A stretch of 64,000 nucleotides of DNA from an uncultured Panacagrimonas sp. (GTDB taxonomy: Bacteria; Pseudomonadota; Gammaproteobacteria; Nevskiales; Nevskiaceae). The notes beneath the pieces are model-generated. The model saw nothing but the letters and a program-made list of their open reading frames with translations, had not been told where the DNA came from and ran no database searches. Each line of letters starts with the position of its first letter. Positions within the stretch are counted from its first letter, which is position 1. A program made the translations under genes and the position numbers. The stretch is from NCBI GenBank assembly GCA_963975245.1, contig CAXBFJ010000009.1, positions 24,048-88,047 of the forward strand. The letters run 5' to 3'. This document shows positions 9,846 through 20,772 of the stretch, piece by piece.

Positions 9846-10754
9846 TCAGGCGCGGCCAGCGTTGTCCGCAATCAGTTCTGCCCAGCGGGGCATCAGCGCG
9901 TCCGGACAGTCATGGCCCATGCCGTCGATGATTTCCAGCCTCGCGCCGGGAATGAATCGGGCGCTTCGCTTTCCGCAAATGGGCCGAAGCAGCCGGTCCT
10001 GTGCGCCGTGAATAATCTGCGTGGGCGCAGTCACGTTCCTGAGCCGCTTTTCGAAACCGCCGGTGGCGACAATGGCGTGCGTCTGGCGAAGGATGCCAGC
10101 GGGGCGAAAGGCCCGGTCAAAGGCGCGTTCGGAGAACTCGCGTAGTTCGGGCTCGGGTGTTGTATAGCCCGGGCTACCGATCAATCGGAATGTCTCGACC
10201 CGGCGATTGATGATGGTGTCGCGCTGATGATTGGGCGGCGGTGATCCCATACGCCACAACAGGCCCAGATCCGTCTGCCAGGTCCAGGGATGATTCACCC
10301 CGGACATGATCGACGTCAGGCTGTGTACGCGATCAGGAAACGTGGCCGCAGCAAGCTGGGCGATCATGCCCCCCATGGACACCCCGACCAGGTGAGCGCG
10401 TCGGATCTCCAGCGCGTCCATCAGGCCGACGGTGTCCGCGGCCATGTCGTGCAGCAGATAATTGGCCGGCCGGGGCTTCAGTCCCAGGCGAACACGGAAA
10501 TAGTCAGCACGGATGTTGAATCGAATGCCGCGATCCGCATCGGCAGAAAGACCGATATCCCGGTTGTCGAAGCGAATGACGCGAAACCCGCGTTCGATCA
10601 GGGCGGTGCAGAGCGACTCTGGCCACTGGATCAGCTGGCAGCCCAGCCCCATGATCAGGATCACCGGTTCGCCGTGGTCGGGGCCGGCCGCTTCGAGGTG
10701 CAGTTTCAGGCCGTTGGCCTGAACGAAGGTGCGGTGCCAGTTGAGGGCAGTCAT
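9846..10754 (-). CDS. alpha/beta hydrolase (paralog B)
   Basis: RFDNRDIGLS, GVSMGG, IIHGAQDRL, GMGHD; collinear with 8156..9061. Confidence 0.9.
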   Translation of the reverse strand: MTALNWHRTFVQANGLKLHLEAAGPDHGEPVILIMGLGCQLIQWPESLCTALIERGFRVIRFDNRDIGLSADADRGIRFNIRADYFRVRLGLKPRPANYLLHDMAADTVGLMDALEIRRAHLVGVSMGGMIAQLAAATFPDRVHSLTSIMSGVNHPWTWQTDLGLLWRMGSPPPNHQRDTIINRRVETFRLIGSPGYTTPEPELREFSERAFDRAFRPAGILRQTHAIVATGGFEKRLRNVTAPTQIIHGAQDRLLRPICGKRSARFIPGARLEIIDGMGHDCPDALMPRWAELIADNAGRA

Positions 10755-10909
10755 GTTTGCCAACCTTTAGGGATGAGACTTGCCCGTACAAGCGGTGCAG
10801 TGGTGGTGGGACAAGTTTTCATCAAGCGCTGCGGAATAAACCATCAGGGCCGCAAGCGCGGCCCTGATGTTCAGCAGATCAATTGGGTGCGTCGGGCCCG
10901 CTGACCCAA

Positions 10910-11845
10910 TCAGGCAAACTGCCCTTTCAGCCACTGGCAGGATTCATTGATGGCATCGCGGCCCTGATCCAGTACGGGATAGAAATTGTAGAAACCGTGG
11001 ATGGCGCCGTCGTAGCGTGATTTGGAAGTGGGTACGCCGGCTTTCTGCAGGGCATCCGCATAGTCCTCACCTTCGTCACACAAGGGGTCGTACTCCGCAG
11101 TGATCACCAGTGCGGGTGGCAGACCGGACAGGTCCTTGGAAAGAAGCGGGGAGGCGTGGACGTTGACGCCGTCGGTGTCAGAGGCCAAGTAGTGGCTGAG
11201 AAACCATTCCATGTCGCGCTTTTCCAGCAGATAGCCCGAGGCGTTCCTTTTCATTGACTCTGTCTCGACGCCGTCAACGCGAGCAACCGGATAGATCAAG
11301 AGCTGCGCGGCTAGCTTGGGGCCATTCTCATCGCGACAGCGAATGGCCGTGACTGTGGAAAGGTTTCCGCCTGCGCTGTCGCCGCCCACTGCAATCTTGC
11401 TGGCATCAACGTTCAGAGAGGCTGCGTTATCTGCCACCCATTGCGTGGCGGTCAGGCAGTCGTCGGTTGCTGAAGGAAACTTGGCTTCCGGGCTCAGGCG
11501 GTAGTCCACCGCAGCTACGACACATCCGGCGCCCTCGCTGAGCTCTCGACAGACGCTGTCGTGCGTATCGATGTCGCCGATGACCCAGCCGCCGCCGTGG
11601 ATGTATACCAAGGCAGGAAACGGGCCTGATCCCTTGGGCGTATAGATGCGTACTTTGAGATCACCGCCGGGGCCGGGGATGTTGCGGTCTTCGACGTTTG
11701 CGAGCTGGGCTGCGCTTGGAGGCAACATGCCCAGCAAGCCCTTGAAGGTGGCGCGGCACTCGGGGACACTCATTTCGGCGAAGCCTTTTCCGCCGGCGTC
11801 GGCCATTTGCTTGAGCAGCCCTTCAACTTGTGGGTTCAGCGGCAT
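10910..11845 (-). CDS. HSL-family esterase/lipase
   Basis: HGGG oxyanion motif, GDSAG nucleophile, EYDPL, HGF. Confidence 0.92.
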   Translation of the reverse strand: MPLNPQVEGLLKQMADAGGKGFAEMSVPECRATFKGLLGMLPPSAAQLANVEDRNIPGPGGDLKVRIYTPKGSGPFPALVYIHGGGWVIGDIDTHDSVCRELSEGAGCVVAAVDYRLSPEAKFPSATDDCLTATQWVADNAASLNVDASKIAVGGDSAGGNLSTVTAIRCRDENGPKLAAQLLIYPVARVDGVETESMKRNASGYLLEKRDMEWFLSHYLASDTDGVNVHASPLLSKDLSGLPPALVITAEYDPLCDEGEDYADALQKAGVPTSKSRYDGAIHGFYNFYPVLDQGRDAINESCQWLKGQFA

Positions 11846-11940
11846 CTTGTTTCTCCTGAATTAGAAATTTGGAATGGTTCTGAGCGGTCCAAAGCTTACT
11901 TCGCTTGGCAGCGACCGCACACTACCCATGGACCCACCCA

Positions 11941-13533
11941 TCAAGGCCTGGAGGCATCGCGCAGACGTCGCCAGAGCGTGGTGCGGGAGATGCCCAGCAT
12001 TCGCGCTGCAGCCGCGCGGTCGCCGCCCGATCTTTGCAGGGCGGCCTCGATCTGCCGCACATCCTGCGAGGGCCGGGATTCCGGCGACAATGCAGCTTCC
12101 TGCAATGAGCCCAACAATTCTGGCGCGACGGCGTGCAGGAGGGTCAGGCTGATTTCCCGGGTCTGATCGTCGCAGTACACAGCGAGGCGGTCGATCACGT
12201 TGCGAAGTTCGCGGACATTGCCGGGCCAGGAGAAATGCGCGATGGCGTCGAGGGCCTGCACTTGCCAGCCCAGCTTGCGCCCGGAAAGTGCCTGATCCAG
12301 AAAGTGCCGGGCCAGTTGCGTGGCATCTCCAGCGCGCAGTCGCAGCGGAGGGATCTCGACGCGAAGTACGTTTAGTCGGTAGAAAAGGTCCTGGCGGAAG
12401 TGGCCCTGTCTCACCATTTCGCCCAGATCCGTGTGGGTCGCGGCCAGCACGCGAGCATCAACCGGGGTGGGCCGTGATGAGCCCAGTTTCACGACCTCGC
12501 GTTGTTCGAGCACGCGCAGCAATCGCGTTTGCAGGTTCAGCGGCATCTCGCCGATTTCGTCCAGAAACAGGGTGCCGCCGTGCGCGGCCTGGACCAGGCC
12601 GGTATGACCGCCCCGACGCGCCCCGGTAAACGCACCTTCTTCGTAGCCAAACAGTTCGGATTCGAGCAGGGATTCTGCGATTGCGCCGCAATTGACCGCG
12701 ACAAAACGCGATTTCCTGCGCGGACTGCCCAGGTGCAAGGCCTGCGCTGCCAGCTCCTTGCCGGTGCCGGTCTCGCCGGAGATCAGCACGGTGTGTTCGC
12801 TGGCGGCGAAACGGTCAATCCGATCGCGCAATGCACGCATGGACGCGCTCTCGCCAAGCAGGTCTGCCGTCGAGTAAGCAGCCTGGGCGGCTACCGATCG
12901 TGCTGATGAATTCCGGGAGGGAGCCTCGGGGCGGCCGATGGCGGTGGCCATATCCAGCGCCGCCTCAAACGCCTGACGCACGGTATCGGCGGAGTACAGG
13001 AGAATGCCGCTGGCTCCGGCGCGCTCGGCAAGATCAGCCGCCATGCCCGTGCCCACGATGGCCTTGCAGCCTTCCGCGATCAGTTCGCGAACCTGGGTGC
13101 GTGCATCTTCGGCCGTGACGAAGGCGCGCTGGGCAATCTTGAGACCAAAGTTTTCCTGAAATTCGGCAAAGGCCGGCACTTCAGTGGCGTGTGTCAGCAG
13201 GCCGATCTGCGACGACAGACGATGCGCCTTGGACAGGGCCTGCATCAGGTCAAAGCCATCCGGCCGCACCAGCAGGACAGGGCGATCGATCCTGTTTTTC
13301 AGATAGGCGCCGTTTGATCCCGCGGCAATCAGGACGTCGCAGCGCTCCGTGCGCAGGCGACCGCGCAAGGTCGTGACGGCCTGCTCAAAACCGAGATGGA
13401 TGTTCTCGATACGGGCACGGTCATCGAACTCGGGCGTTACGTCTCGCAGCAGGCGAGAAAGACGCGACACGCTGACCGTCCAGATGACGGGGCGGTCATC
13501 ACTGCCATCCGCAGCGTTCGTGTTGCGTTTCAT
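11941..13533 (-). CDS. prpR: sigma54-dependent propionate catabolism regulator
   Basis: PrpR N-domain (VIWTVSVSRL), GETGTGKE, GAFTGA, WPGNVREL, Fis-type HTH; divergent from prpB. Start trimmed to 13533. Confidence 0.92.
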   Translation of the reverse strand: MKRNTNAADGSDDRPVIWTVSVSRLSRLLRDVTPEFDDRARIENIHLGFEQAVTTLRGRLRTERCDVLIAAGSNGAYLKNRIDRPVLLVRPDGFDLMQALSKAHRLSSQIGLLTHATEVPAFAEFQENFGLKIAQRAFVTAEDARTQVRELIAEGCKAIVGTGMAADLAERAGASGILLYSADTVRQAFEAALDMATAIGRPEAPSRNSSARSVAAQAAYSTADLLGESASMRALRDRIDRFAASEHTVLISGETGTGKELAAQALHLGSPRRKSRFVAVNCGAIAESLLESELFGYEEGAFTGARRGGHTGLVQAAHGGTLFLDEIGEMPLNLQTRLLRVLEQREVVKLGSSRPTPVDARVLAATHTDLGEMVRQGHFRQDLFYRLNVLRVEIPPLRLRAGDATQLARHFLDQALSGRKLGWQVQALDAIAHFSWPGNVRELRNVIDRLAVYCDDQTREISLTLLHAVAPELLGSLQEAALSPESRPSQDVRQIEAALQRSGGDRAAAARMLGISRTTLWRRLRDASRP

Positions 13534-13633
13534 ATGTATCAGTATGAAACATAATGAAACAATATGAAACGTTGCATGTTCAATCCTCAGGCCCTCCCCT
13601 GAGGGGTGGCACGCCATGAAAAGACCATGAAAA
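13527..13633. promoter_or_regulatory. PrpR-like upstream activator array
   Basis: GTTTCAT at 13527-13533; ATGAAAC at 13544, 13554 and 13564 (10-bp period); CCATGAAAA at 13614 and 13625. These match half-sites of the palindrome CGTTTCATGAAACG that I recall for enterobacterial PrpR. Confidence 0.7.
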
Positions 13634-13683
13634 TCCCGTAATTTACGCGGCCTGCCACGGCCGTCGTTATGATCGGCGGCGCT

Positions 13684-13698
13684 TGGCATGGGCCTTGT
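13684..13698 (+). promoter_or_regulatory. candidate sigma54 -24/-12 promoter of prpB
   Basis: TGGCATGGGCCTTGT is GG-N10-GT, one mismatch from GG-N10-GC; ~45 bp upstream of prpB and ~115 bp downstream of the ATGAAAC array. Confidence 0.5.
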
Positions 13699-13741
13699 AC
13701 CCAGAGCTGCCTACCAACCGGCATCACAACAGGAGAACCCC

Positions 13742-14626
13742 ATGAGCAAATCCGCAGGCGCACAATTTCGCGCCGCCTTGGCCGCAGAGAAGCCGCTTCA
13801 AATTGTGGGGGCAATCAATGCCAACCACGCGCTGATTGCCAAGCGCGAAGGATTCAAGGCGATTTACCTCTCTGGTGGTGGTGTTGCCGCTGGGTCGCTG
13901 GGTTTGCCGGATCTGGGTATTTCCGGACTCGAAGACGTTCTCATTGATGTGCGCCGAATCACCGATGTGTGCGATCTGCCGCTGCTGGTAGACGTGGATA
14001 CCGGCTTTGGTTCGAGTGCCTTCAATGTGGCGCGCACGGTCAAGAGCCTGATCAAGGCCGGTGCCGGTGCGATGCATATCGAAGATCAGGTCGGCGCCAA
14101 GCGCTGCGGTCATCGTCCTAACAAGGAGATCGTCACGCAGGCGGAAATGGTGGATCGTGTCCGCGCGGCAGTGGATGCCCGGACCGACGACGACTTCGTG
14201 GTGATGGCGCGTACCGATGCATTGGCTGTTGAGGGTCTGGACAAGGCTATCGAACGCGCCGTGGCCTGCGTGGAAGCCGGCGCTGATGCCATCTTCCCGG
14301 AGGCGATGACTGACCTTGCGATGTACAAGAAATTTGCCGCAGCGGTAAAGGTGCCGGTGCTGGCCAACATCACTGAGTTCGGCTCAACCCCCCTGTTCAC
14401 CGTGGACGAACTGCGCGGCGCAGATGTGAGCATGGTGCTGTATCCGCTTTCGGCGTTCCGCGCCATGAACAAGGCGGCTCAGAATGTGTACTCCGCCCTG
14501 CGCCGTGATGGCACGCAAAAGAGTGTTGTGGATACCATGCAGACCCGCATGGAGCTGTACGACGTGATTGACTATCACAGCTTCGAGCAAAAGCTGGATG
14601 CGCTTTTCGAGGCGTCCAAGAAGTAG
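13742..14626 (+). CDS. prpB: 2-methylisocitrate lyase
   Basis: [24 protein letters not shown] signature; AGGAGA RBS before 13742. Confidence 0.97.
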   Translation: MSKSAGAQFRAALAAEKPLQIVGAINANHALIAKREGFKAIYLSGGGVAAGSLGLPDLGISGLEDVLIDVRRITDVCDLPLLVDVDTGFGSSAFNVARTVKSLIKAGAGAMHIEDQVGAKRCGHRPNKEIVTQAEMVDRVRAAVDARTDDDFVVMARTDALAVEGLDKAIERAVACVEAGADAIFPEAMTDLAMYKKFAAAVKVPVLANITEFGSTPLFTVDELRGADVSMVLYPLSAFRAMNKAAQNVYSALRRDGTQKSVVDTMQTRMELYDVIDYHSFEQKLDALFEASKK

Positions 14627-14710
14627 CAGAGCAAAGATAAAGACATTTTCAAAACCTCATTCCTGCACGGCAGGACATGACGGAAGGCAAACAGAAGTTC
14701 AGGAGAAATA

Positions 14711-15868
14711 ATGAGCGAAGCAACTGCAAAACCCGGTTTCAAGCCCAAGAAATCCGTCGCCTTGAGCGGCACTGCTGCGGGCAACACCGCACTGTGCACC
14801 GTGGGCAAGACCGGCAACGATCTGCATTACCGCGGGTTCGACATTCTCGATGTGGCCAACACCTGTGAATTTGAGGAAATTGCCTACCTGCTGGTGCACG
14901 GCAAATTGCCGACGCAACCCGAGCTGAATTTCTACAAGAAAAAACTCAAGGCGCTGCGCGGCCTGCCGGCTGCGGTCAAGACTGCGCTCGAGCAGCTTCC
15001 GCCTTCAGCGCATCCGATGGACGTGATGCGCACCGGCGTTTCGGTGCTGGGCTGCGTCAAGCCTGAGAAGGACGACCACAACCATCCGGGCGCGCGTGAC
15101 ATTGCAGACAAGCTCATGGCTTGCCTGGGTTCCATGCTGCTGTACTGGTATCACTATGCCTACAACGGCGAGATCATCGACGTTGAAACCGATGATGACT
15201 CCATCGGCGGGCACTTCCTGCATTTGCTGCACGGTGAAAAGCCACGCGAGTCCTGGGTCAAGGCCATGCACACCTCGCTGATCCTGTACGCAGAGCACGA
15301 GTTCAACGCCTCCACCTTCACCAGCCGCGTTGTGGCCGGTACGGGTTCGGACATGTATTCCGCCATCTGCGGTGGTATTGGCGCGCTGCGTGGCCCCAAG
15401 CATGGCGGTGCCAACGAAGTGGCTTTCGAAATCCAGAAGCGCTACGACAGCCCGGATGAAGCCGAGGCCGACATCAAGGCGCGCGTCGAGCGAAAAGAAG
15501 TGGTCATCGGCTTTGGCCACCCGGTCTACACCGTGAGCGATCCACGCAACAAGGTCATCAAGCAGGTGGCCAAGGATCTGTCCAAAGAAGAAGAGAACAT
15601 GAAGATGTTCGACATCGCCGAGCGTCTGGAAACGGTGATGTGGGATGCCAAGAAGATGTTCCCCAATCTCGACTGGTTCAGCGCGGTGAGCTATCACATG
15701 ATGGGCGTGCCTACCGACATGTTCACCCCGCTGTTCGTGATTGCGCGTACCGCTGGCTGGAGCGCTCACATCATCGAGCAGCGTATCGACGGCAAGATCA
15801 TCCGTCCTTCGGCGAACTACAACGGACCGGAAGACCAGAAGTTCGTGCCTATCAACAAGCGCAAGTAA
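14711..15868 (+). CDS. prpC: 2-methylcitrate synthase
   Basis: [45 protein letters not shown]. Confidence 0.97.
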   Translation: MSEATAKPGFKPKKSVALSGTAAGNTALCTVGKTGNDLHYRGFDILDVANTCEFEEIAYLLVHGKLPTQPELNFYKKKLKALRGLPAAVKTALEQLPPSAHPMDVMRTGVSVLGCVKPEKDDHNHPGARDIADKLMACLGSMLLYWYHYAYNGEIIDVETDDDSIGGHFLHLLHGEKPRESWVKAMHTSLILYAEHEFNASTFTSRVVAGTGSDMYSAICGGIGALRGPKHGGANEVAFEIQKRYDSPDEAEADIKARVERKEVVIGFGHPVYTVSDPRNKVIKQVAKDLSKEEENMKMFDIAERLETVMWDAKKMFPNLDWFSAVSYHMMGVPTDMFTPLFVIARTAGWSAHIIEQRIDGKIIRPSANYNGPEDQKFVPINKRK

Positions 15869-15880
15869 GACTGCCCATGG

Positions 15881-15914
15881 CGCTGGCCCCGGCGCATAAG
15901 CGAAGGGGCCAGCG
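15881..15914. other. intercistronic stem-loop
   Basis: CGCTGGCCCC / GGGGCCAGCG perfect 10-bp stem with a 14-nt loop between prpC and acnD. Confidence 0.6.
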
Positions 15915-15974
15915 TTGTGAGTCCGCGCAACGTCCGACCCGTCTCCGTCCATTCCAGCTCTCAGTGAAAACCTC

Positions 15975-18578
15975 ATGAACACTGCACATCGCAAGAATCT
16001 CCCCGGCACCCAACTCGATTACTTTGACACTCAGGAAGCGGTCGATGCCATTGAGCCCGGGGCGTACGCAAAACTGCCGTACAGCTCGCGTGTGTACTGT
16101 GAGAATCTGGTGCGGCGCTGCGAGCCAGAGATGCTGACCGAGGCGCTCAAGCAACACATCGAGCGCAAGCGCGATGTTGATTTCCCGTGGTTTCCGGCGC
16201 GCGTGGTATGCCACGACATCCTGGGTCAGACGGCTTTGGTGGATCTGGCCGGATTGCGTGATGCCATCGCCGAAGGTGGTGGTGATCCGGCCAAGGTCAA
16301 TCCGGTGGTGCCCACGCAGCTGATCGTTGATCACTCGCTGGCAGTGGAACATGGCGGGTTTGAGAAGGACGCCTTTGAAAAGAATCGCGCCATCGAAGAT
16401 CGCCGGAACGAAGATCGTTTCCACTTCATCAACTGGACCAAGAAGGCGTTCAAGAATGTGGATGTGGTGCCGCCGGGTAACGGCATCATGCATCAGATCA
16501 ATCTGGAGAAGATGTCGCCGGTGGTGCACGCACGAGACGGCGTGGCCTTCCCCGATACTCTGGTCGGAACCGACAGTCATACCCCGCATGTCGATGCACT
16601 GGGCGTGATTGCCATTGGCGTCGGCGGCCTTGAAGCCGAGTCCGTGATGCTGGGCCGCGCCTCTTGGCTGCGCCTGCCAGACATCATCGGCGTTGAGCTG
16701 ACCGGTACGCGTCAGCCGGGCATCACCGCGACCGATATCGTGCTCGCCATCACCGAGTTCCTGCGCAAGGAAAAAGTGGTTGGCGCCTATCTCGAATTCT
16801 ATGGTGACGGCGCGTCGAGCCTGACGCTGGGCGACCGCGCAACCATCTCCAACATGACTCCTGAATATGGTGCGACTGCTGCCATGTTCTCCATCGATGA
16901 CAAGACCATCGAGTATCTGCGCCTGACCGGCCGCGAAGAAGCGCAGGTCCAGTTGGTCGAAACCTATGCCAAGACTGCGGGCCTTTGGTCGGACAGTCTC
17001 AAGACCGCCGAGTACGAGCGTGTCCTGAAATTCGACCTTTCAACGGTAGGCCGCACCATGGCCGGGCCGTCCAATCCGCACAAGCGCCTGAACACTTCGG
17101 ACCTGGCATCGCGCAGCATTGCTTCTGAATGGTCCATGCCGGCAGAAGGCGAGGGCACCATGCCCGACGGCGCAGTGATCATTGCCGCCATCACCAGCTG
17201 CACCAACACCTCCAATCCACGCAATGTCGTGGCGGCTGGATTGCTGGCGCGCAACGCCAATGCCAGAGGGCTGGGCCGCAAACCCTGGGTGAAGTCTTCG
17301 TTTGCACCCGGCTCCAAGACCGTGCAGTTGTACATGGAAGACTCCGGTCTGCAGGCAGAACTCGACAAGCTGGGCTTTGGCATCGTTGCCTTCGCCTGTA
17401 CCACCTGTAACGGCATGAGCGGTGCGTTGGACCCGGCGATCCAGAAAGAAGTGATAGAGCGCGATCTGTATGCCACCGCCGTGCTCTCTGGTAACCGCAA
17501 TTTTGATGGCCGCATCCATCCCTATGCCAAGCAAGCGTTCCTGGCATCACCGCCGCTGGTGGTGGCCTATGCCATCGCCGGAACCGTGCGCTTTGATATC
17601 GAAAAAGACGTGCTGGGTATCGACAAGGACGGCAATGAAGTCAGGCTGGCCGACATCTGGCCGGACGACTCCGAGATTGATGAAGTTGTGGGCAAGAGCG
17701 TACGTCCTGAGATGTTCCGCTCGGTCTACGATCCGATGTTCAATTTCAAGATTGTCGACGACCCGGATCTTAGCCCGCTTTACGACTGGCGCGAAAAGAG
17801 CACCTACATCCGTCGTCCACCGTACTGGGAAGGTGCGCTGGCGGGTGAGCGCACGCTCAAGGGCATGCGTCCGCTGGCGGTGCTGCCGGACAACATCACG
17901 ACGGATCACCTGTCGCCGTCCAATGCCATCATGATGGACAGCGCAGCAGGCGAATACCTGCATAAGATGGGATTGCCGGAAGAAGATTTCAATTCTTACG
18001 CAACTCATCGCGGCGACCATCTCACCGCGCAGCGTGCCACCTTTGCCAACCCCAAGCTGATCAACGAAATGGCCGTGGTCGATGGCAATGTGAAGCAGGG
18101 ATCGCTGACGCGACTGGAGCCGGAAGGCAAGGTCATGCGCATGTGGGAAGCCATTGAAACCTACATGGAGCGCAAGCAGCCTCTGATCATCATTGCCGGT
18201 GCCGACTACGGTCAGGGCTCGTCACGCGACTGGGCCGCCAAGGGCGTGCGACTGGCTGGTGTGGAGGCCATTGCCGCTGAAGGCTTCGAGCGCATTCATC
18301 ACACCAACCTGATCGGCATGGGTGTGCTGCCGCTGGAATTCGAGGCCGGCACCACGCGCAAGACACTGGTTCTGGAAGGATCGGAAACCTATGACGTGGT
18401 CGGTGAGCGTTCGCCGCGTGCAACCCTGACCCTGGTTATTCATCGCAAGAATGGTGAAACGGTCGAGGTGCCTGTGACATGCCGTCTGGATACCAAGGAA
18501 GAGGTTTCCATCTATGAAGCCGGCGGCGTGCTGCAGCGCTTCGCGCAGGATTTCCTGGAGTCCGTGAAAGCCGCCTGA
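15975..18578 (+). CDS. acnD: Fe/S-dependent 2-methylcitrate dehydratase
   Basis: [12 protein letters not shown] start, [52 protein letters not shown]; located in the prp operon. Confidence 0.96.
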   Translation: MNTAHRKNLPGTQLDYFDTQEAVDAIEPGAYAKLPYSSRVYCENLVRRCEPEMLTEALKQHIERKRDVDFPWFPARVVCHDILGQTALVDLAGLRDAIAEGGGDPAKVNPVVPTQLIVDHSLAVEHGGFEKDAFEKNRAIEDRRNEDRFHFINWTKKAFKNVDVVPPGNGIMHQINLEKMSPVVHARDGVAFPDTLVGTDSHTPHVDALGVIAIGVGGLEAESVMLGRASWLRLPDIIGVELTGTRQPGITATDIVLAITEFLRKEKVVGAYLEFYGDGASSLTLGDRATISNMTPEYGATAAMFSIDDKTIEYLRLTGREEAQVQLVETYAKTAGLWSDSLKTAEYERVLKFDLSTVGRTMAGPSNPHKRLNTSDLASRSIASEWSMPAEGEGTMPDGAVIIAAITSCTNTSNPRNVVAAGLLARNANARGLGRKPWVKSSFAPGSKTVQLYMEDSGLQAELDKLGFGIVAFACTTCNGMSGALDPAIQKEVIERDLYATAVLSGNRNFDGRIHPYAKQAFLASPPLVVAYAIAGTVRFDIEKDVLGIDKDGNEVRLADIWPDDSEIDEVVGKSVRPEMFRSVYDPMFNFKIVDDPDLSPLYDWREKSTYIRRPPYWEGALAGERTLKGMRPLAVLPDNITTDHLSPSNAIMMDSAAGEYLHKMGLPEEDFNSYATHRGDHLTAQRATFANPKLINEMAVVDGNVKQGSLTRLEPEGKVMRMWEAIETYMERKQPLIIIAGADYGQGSSRDWAAKGVRLAGVEAIAAEGFERIHHTNLIGMGVLPLEFEAGTTRKTLVLEGSETYDVVGERSPRATLTLVIHRKNGETVEVPVTCRLDTKEEVSIYEAGGVLQRFAQDFLESVKAA

Positions 18579-18634
18579 TCTATCGCAAGCCCCAGCGGCT
18601 AAGGCCGCATCATCCCTTTCCTGAGGAGCAGGCC

Positions 18635-19273
18635 GTGATCACCATTCACCATCTGTGCAAGTCGCAGTCAGACCGGGTTGTCTGGCTGATGGAAGAATTA
18701 AACCTTCCCTACAAGCTCAAGTGGTACGAGCGTGGTCCGGACCTGCTGGCCCCCAAGGAATTCCTGGCGCTGCACCCGGTTGCAACGGCGCCGGTGATTG
18801 AGGATGACGGACAGATCCTGGTGGAGTCCGGCGTCATCGTTGAGCACATTTGCCATCGGCATGCCGGTGGCAGGTTCACCGTTGGCCCGGACCAGTCCAA
18901 CTACACCGACTATCTGTACTGGATGCACTTCAACAACAATGTGCTGGGCCTGTTCTTTGCCAGGACCGCGCTTGGTGCGGAAGGCTCAAGTCCGCAGTGC
19001 GACATGATGCGCAAGGTGATTGAGCGCAGGGAGGCATCCTACTTCCGGTATCTGGACCAGTGCCTTTCCCGGTCGGCGTTCGCCGCCGGCTCGGAGTTCA
19101 CCTGTGCGGATGTCATGGTGATGTTCAACGTGGCATCGCTACCCCTGTTCGGCGGCTTCCGAACCCAGGGCATGCCGAATATCCAGGCCTACATGAAGCG
19201 CATCGAAGAGCGGCCCGCCTATCAGAAAGCAATGCAGATCGCTGGCCCTAGGGCCAGCGCCCCCGTGGTCTGA
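18635..19273 (+). CDS. glutathione S-transferase family protein
   Basis: [41 protein letters not shown]; GTG start with GAGGAG RBS. Confidence 0.88.
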   Translation: MITIHHLCKSQSDRVVWLMEELNLPYKLKWYERGPDLLAPKEFLALHPVATAPVIEDDGQILVESGVIVEHICHRHAGGRFTVGPDQSNYTDYLYWMHFNNNVLGLFFARTALGAEGSSPQCDMMRKVIERREASYFRYLDQCLSRSAFAAGSEFTCADVMVMFNVASLPLFGGFRTQGMPNIQAYMKRIEERPAYQKAMQIAGPRASAPVV

Positions 19274-19460
19274 GGTGAGATCAATTAAGCTGCTTCCCAG
19301 CGATCTGCGCGCGAGAATCAGCGGGGAGCGAAGGGGTAGAGAAGAACGAGATTCTCAATGCGAGTTGCTTTGACCAGACACGTTTGAGCATCGCTCAGGC
19401 GTGGCCCGGCCGGTCCTGGCAATGATGATTGCCAGCGGCTTTTCAAACAGATGAATTTTC

Positions 19461-20303
19461 ATGATGATTCGCCGCCTGCTGCAATGGCCAGTTCTTCAAG
19501 ATCGTGAGGTCTGGACCTTTCTCCTGCTGATTGTTCTGGCGAACGTTGTCTTTGTCCATGCCATCGATCAGGGTTGGCTGCGCATGGCCTATTACAATTA
19601 CGGACGCTTTCTTCTGCTTGGGCTGGTGCTCGGAGCCGTCGTCTTTCTATTCCGTGGATGGAAAGCACCGTTTGCCCTGCTCGCGCCGTTGACGGTCTGG
19701 CGCTTCAATCCCGCCTGGCTGCTTCTGGCCGTGCTTTGGCCGCCGACCATCGGGCTTGTGACCCTGATTGGCAAAGGCCTGATCTTGGGGACCGGATTTG
19801 ATGAAATCCGTCCAACTTTGTCTGTCGCCCTGGATCCCGGTGTTTATCCCACCGTTCTGGTCGGCGCTTTCATTGGTGAAATTGTCTGGGTGGGCTACGC
19901 GGTGTCTCGTTTGAGCCAGCGCACCACCATTTTTATGTCCAGTGCGATCGTAGGCTTCTTCTGGTCTTCGTGGTGGCTTCCGATCGTGTTGATCGGGGTT
20001 GGCGTTGTCCCAGGCATTCCAGTGTTTGGGTTATTCATCAGCATGATTGGCATCGCGCTCATGTGCGGCTTTATCTACTCGCACACCAGGAGCGGCATCG
20101 TGGTCCTGGCGCTGCAGATCAGTGTGAATAATTCCCTTCTGATATTTCCGGTGGCGCCGAACTCGGGTGGCACGACAACGTTTGTCGTGTTCTCCTCGGT
20201 GTATCTGCTGTCTTCCTTGCTCCTCTATGTCTTCTTTGGTCCGCGACCTTTGTTGAAAGCGCCCTCAAGTTCTAAAGTGGTGGCGCCTGCCTGGCAGAGC
20301 TGA
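19461..20303 (+). CDS. CPBP/CAAX-protease-like multi-pass membrane protein, catalytic motifs degenerate
   Basis: About 8 hydrophobic segments. GEIVWVGY, FWSSWWLP and LALQISVNN fall at the positions of CPBP motifs EExxWRGY, WxxWHLP and HxxxN. Confidence 0.7.
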   Translation: MMIRRLLQWPVLQDREVWTFLLLIVLANVVFVHAIDQGWLRMAYYNYGRFLLLGLVLGAVVFLFRGWKAPFALLAPLTVWRFNPAWLLLAVLWPPTIGLVTLIGKGLILGTGFDEIRPTLSVALDPGVYPTVLVGAFIGEIVWVGYAVSRLSQRTTIFMSSAIVGFFWSSWWLPIVLIGVGVVPGIPVFGLFISMIGIALMCGFIYSHTRSGIVVLALQISVNNSLLIFPVAPNSGGTTTFVVFSSVYLLSSLLLYVFFGPRPLLKAPSSSKVVAPAWQS

Positions 20304-20363
20304 TCTCCAGCTTCGGGCCATCGGCACGAGCGAGCCAATCATTCAACGCAGTGGAGAAGACTC

Positions 20364-20771
20364 ATGCCGGTCACCAAAGGCGTCAGACAACTGGTTGCAG
20401 AGGCCAGTGCCCGAATCACGACCCTGCCGCTCAATGAAGCCATCAAGAAACTAGGCGACGAGCATGTGGTCTTTGTCGATATTCGGGATGTACGCGAACT
20501 CTGGCGCGATGGAAAAGTAACTGGAGCCGTCCACGCGCCACGTGGCATGCTCGAGTTCTGGTTTGACCCGGATAGCCCGTATCACAAGCCGATGTTTGCC
20601 GACGAGAGCAAGCAGTTCATTCTCTACTGCCGTTCCGCATGGCGCTCCGCACTGGCAACCGCGGCGCTCAAGGACATGGGACTCGATAACGTTGCGCATA
20701 TCGAAGGCGGCTACACCGCCTGGCTTGAGGCGGGCGCTTCCACCGAGGCCGTGCAACCAAAATCAAAGTGA
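20364..20771 (+). CDS. rhodanese-like sulfurtransferase
   Basis: VDIRDVRE, HAPRGMLEF, YCRSAWRS active loop, IEGGYTAW. Confidence 0.9.
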   Translation: MPVTKGVRQLVAEASARITTLPLNEAIKKLGDEHVVFVDIRDVRELWRDGKVTGAVHAPRGMLEFWFDPDSPYHKPMFADESKQFILYCRSAWRSALATAALKDMGLDNVAHIEGGYTAWLEAGASTEAVQPKSK

Positions 20772-20772
20772 C

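Noticed and set aside
13607-13621. TGGCAC as an alternative sigma54 -24 box
   Set aside because: The -12 position reads AA rather than GC; the 13684 element fits better.
18270-18310. AcnD reads [15 protein letters not shown] where I recall [15 protein letters not shown]
   Set aside because: Single-base differences away from the conserved ERIH Arg and GSSR motifs; could be polymorphism or sequencing error, and there is no evidence of inactivation.
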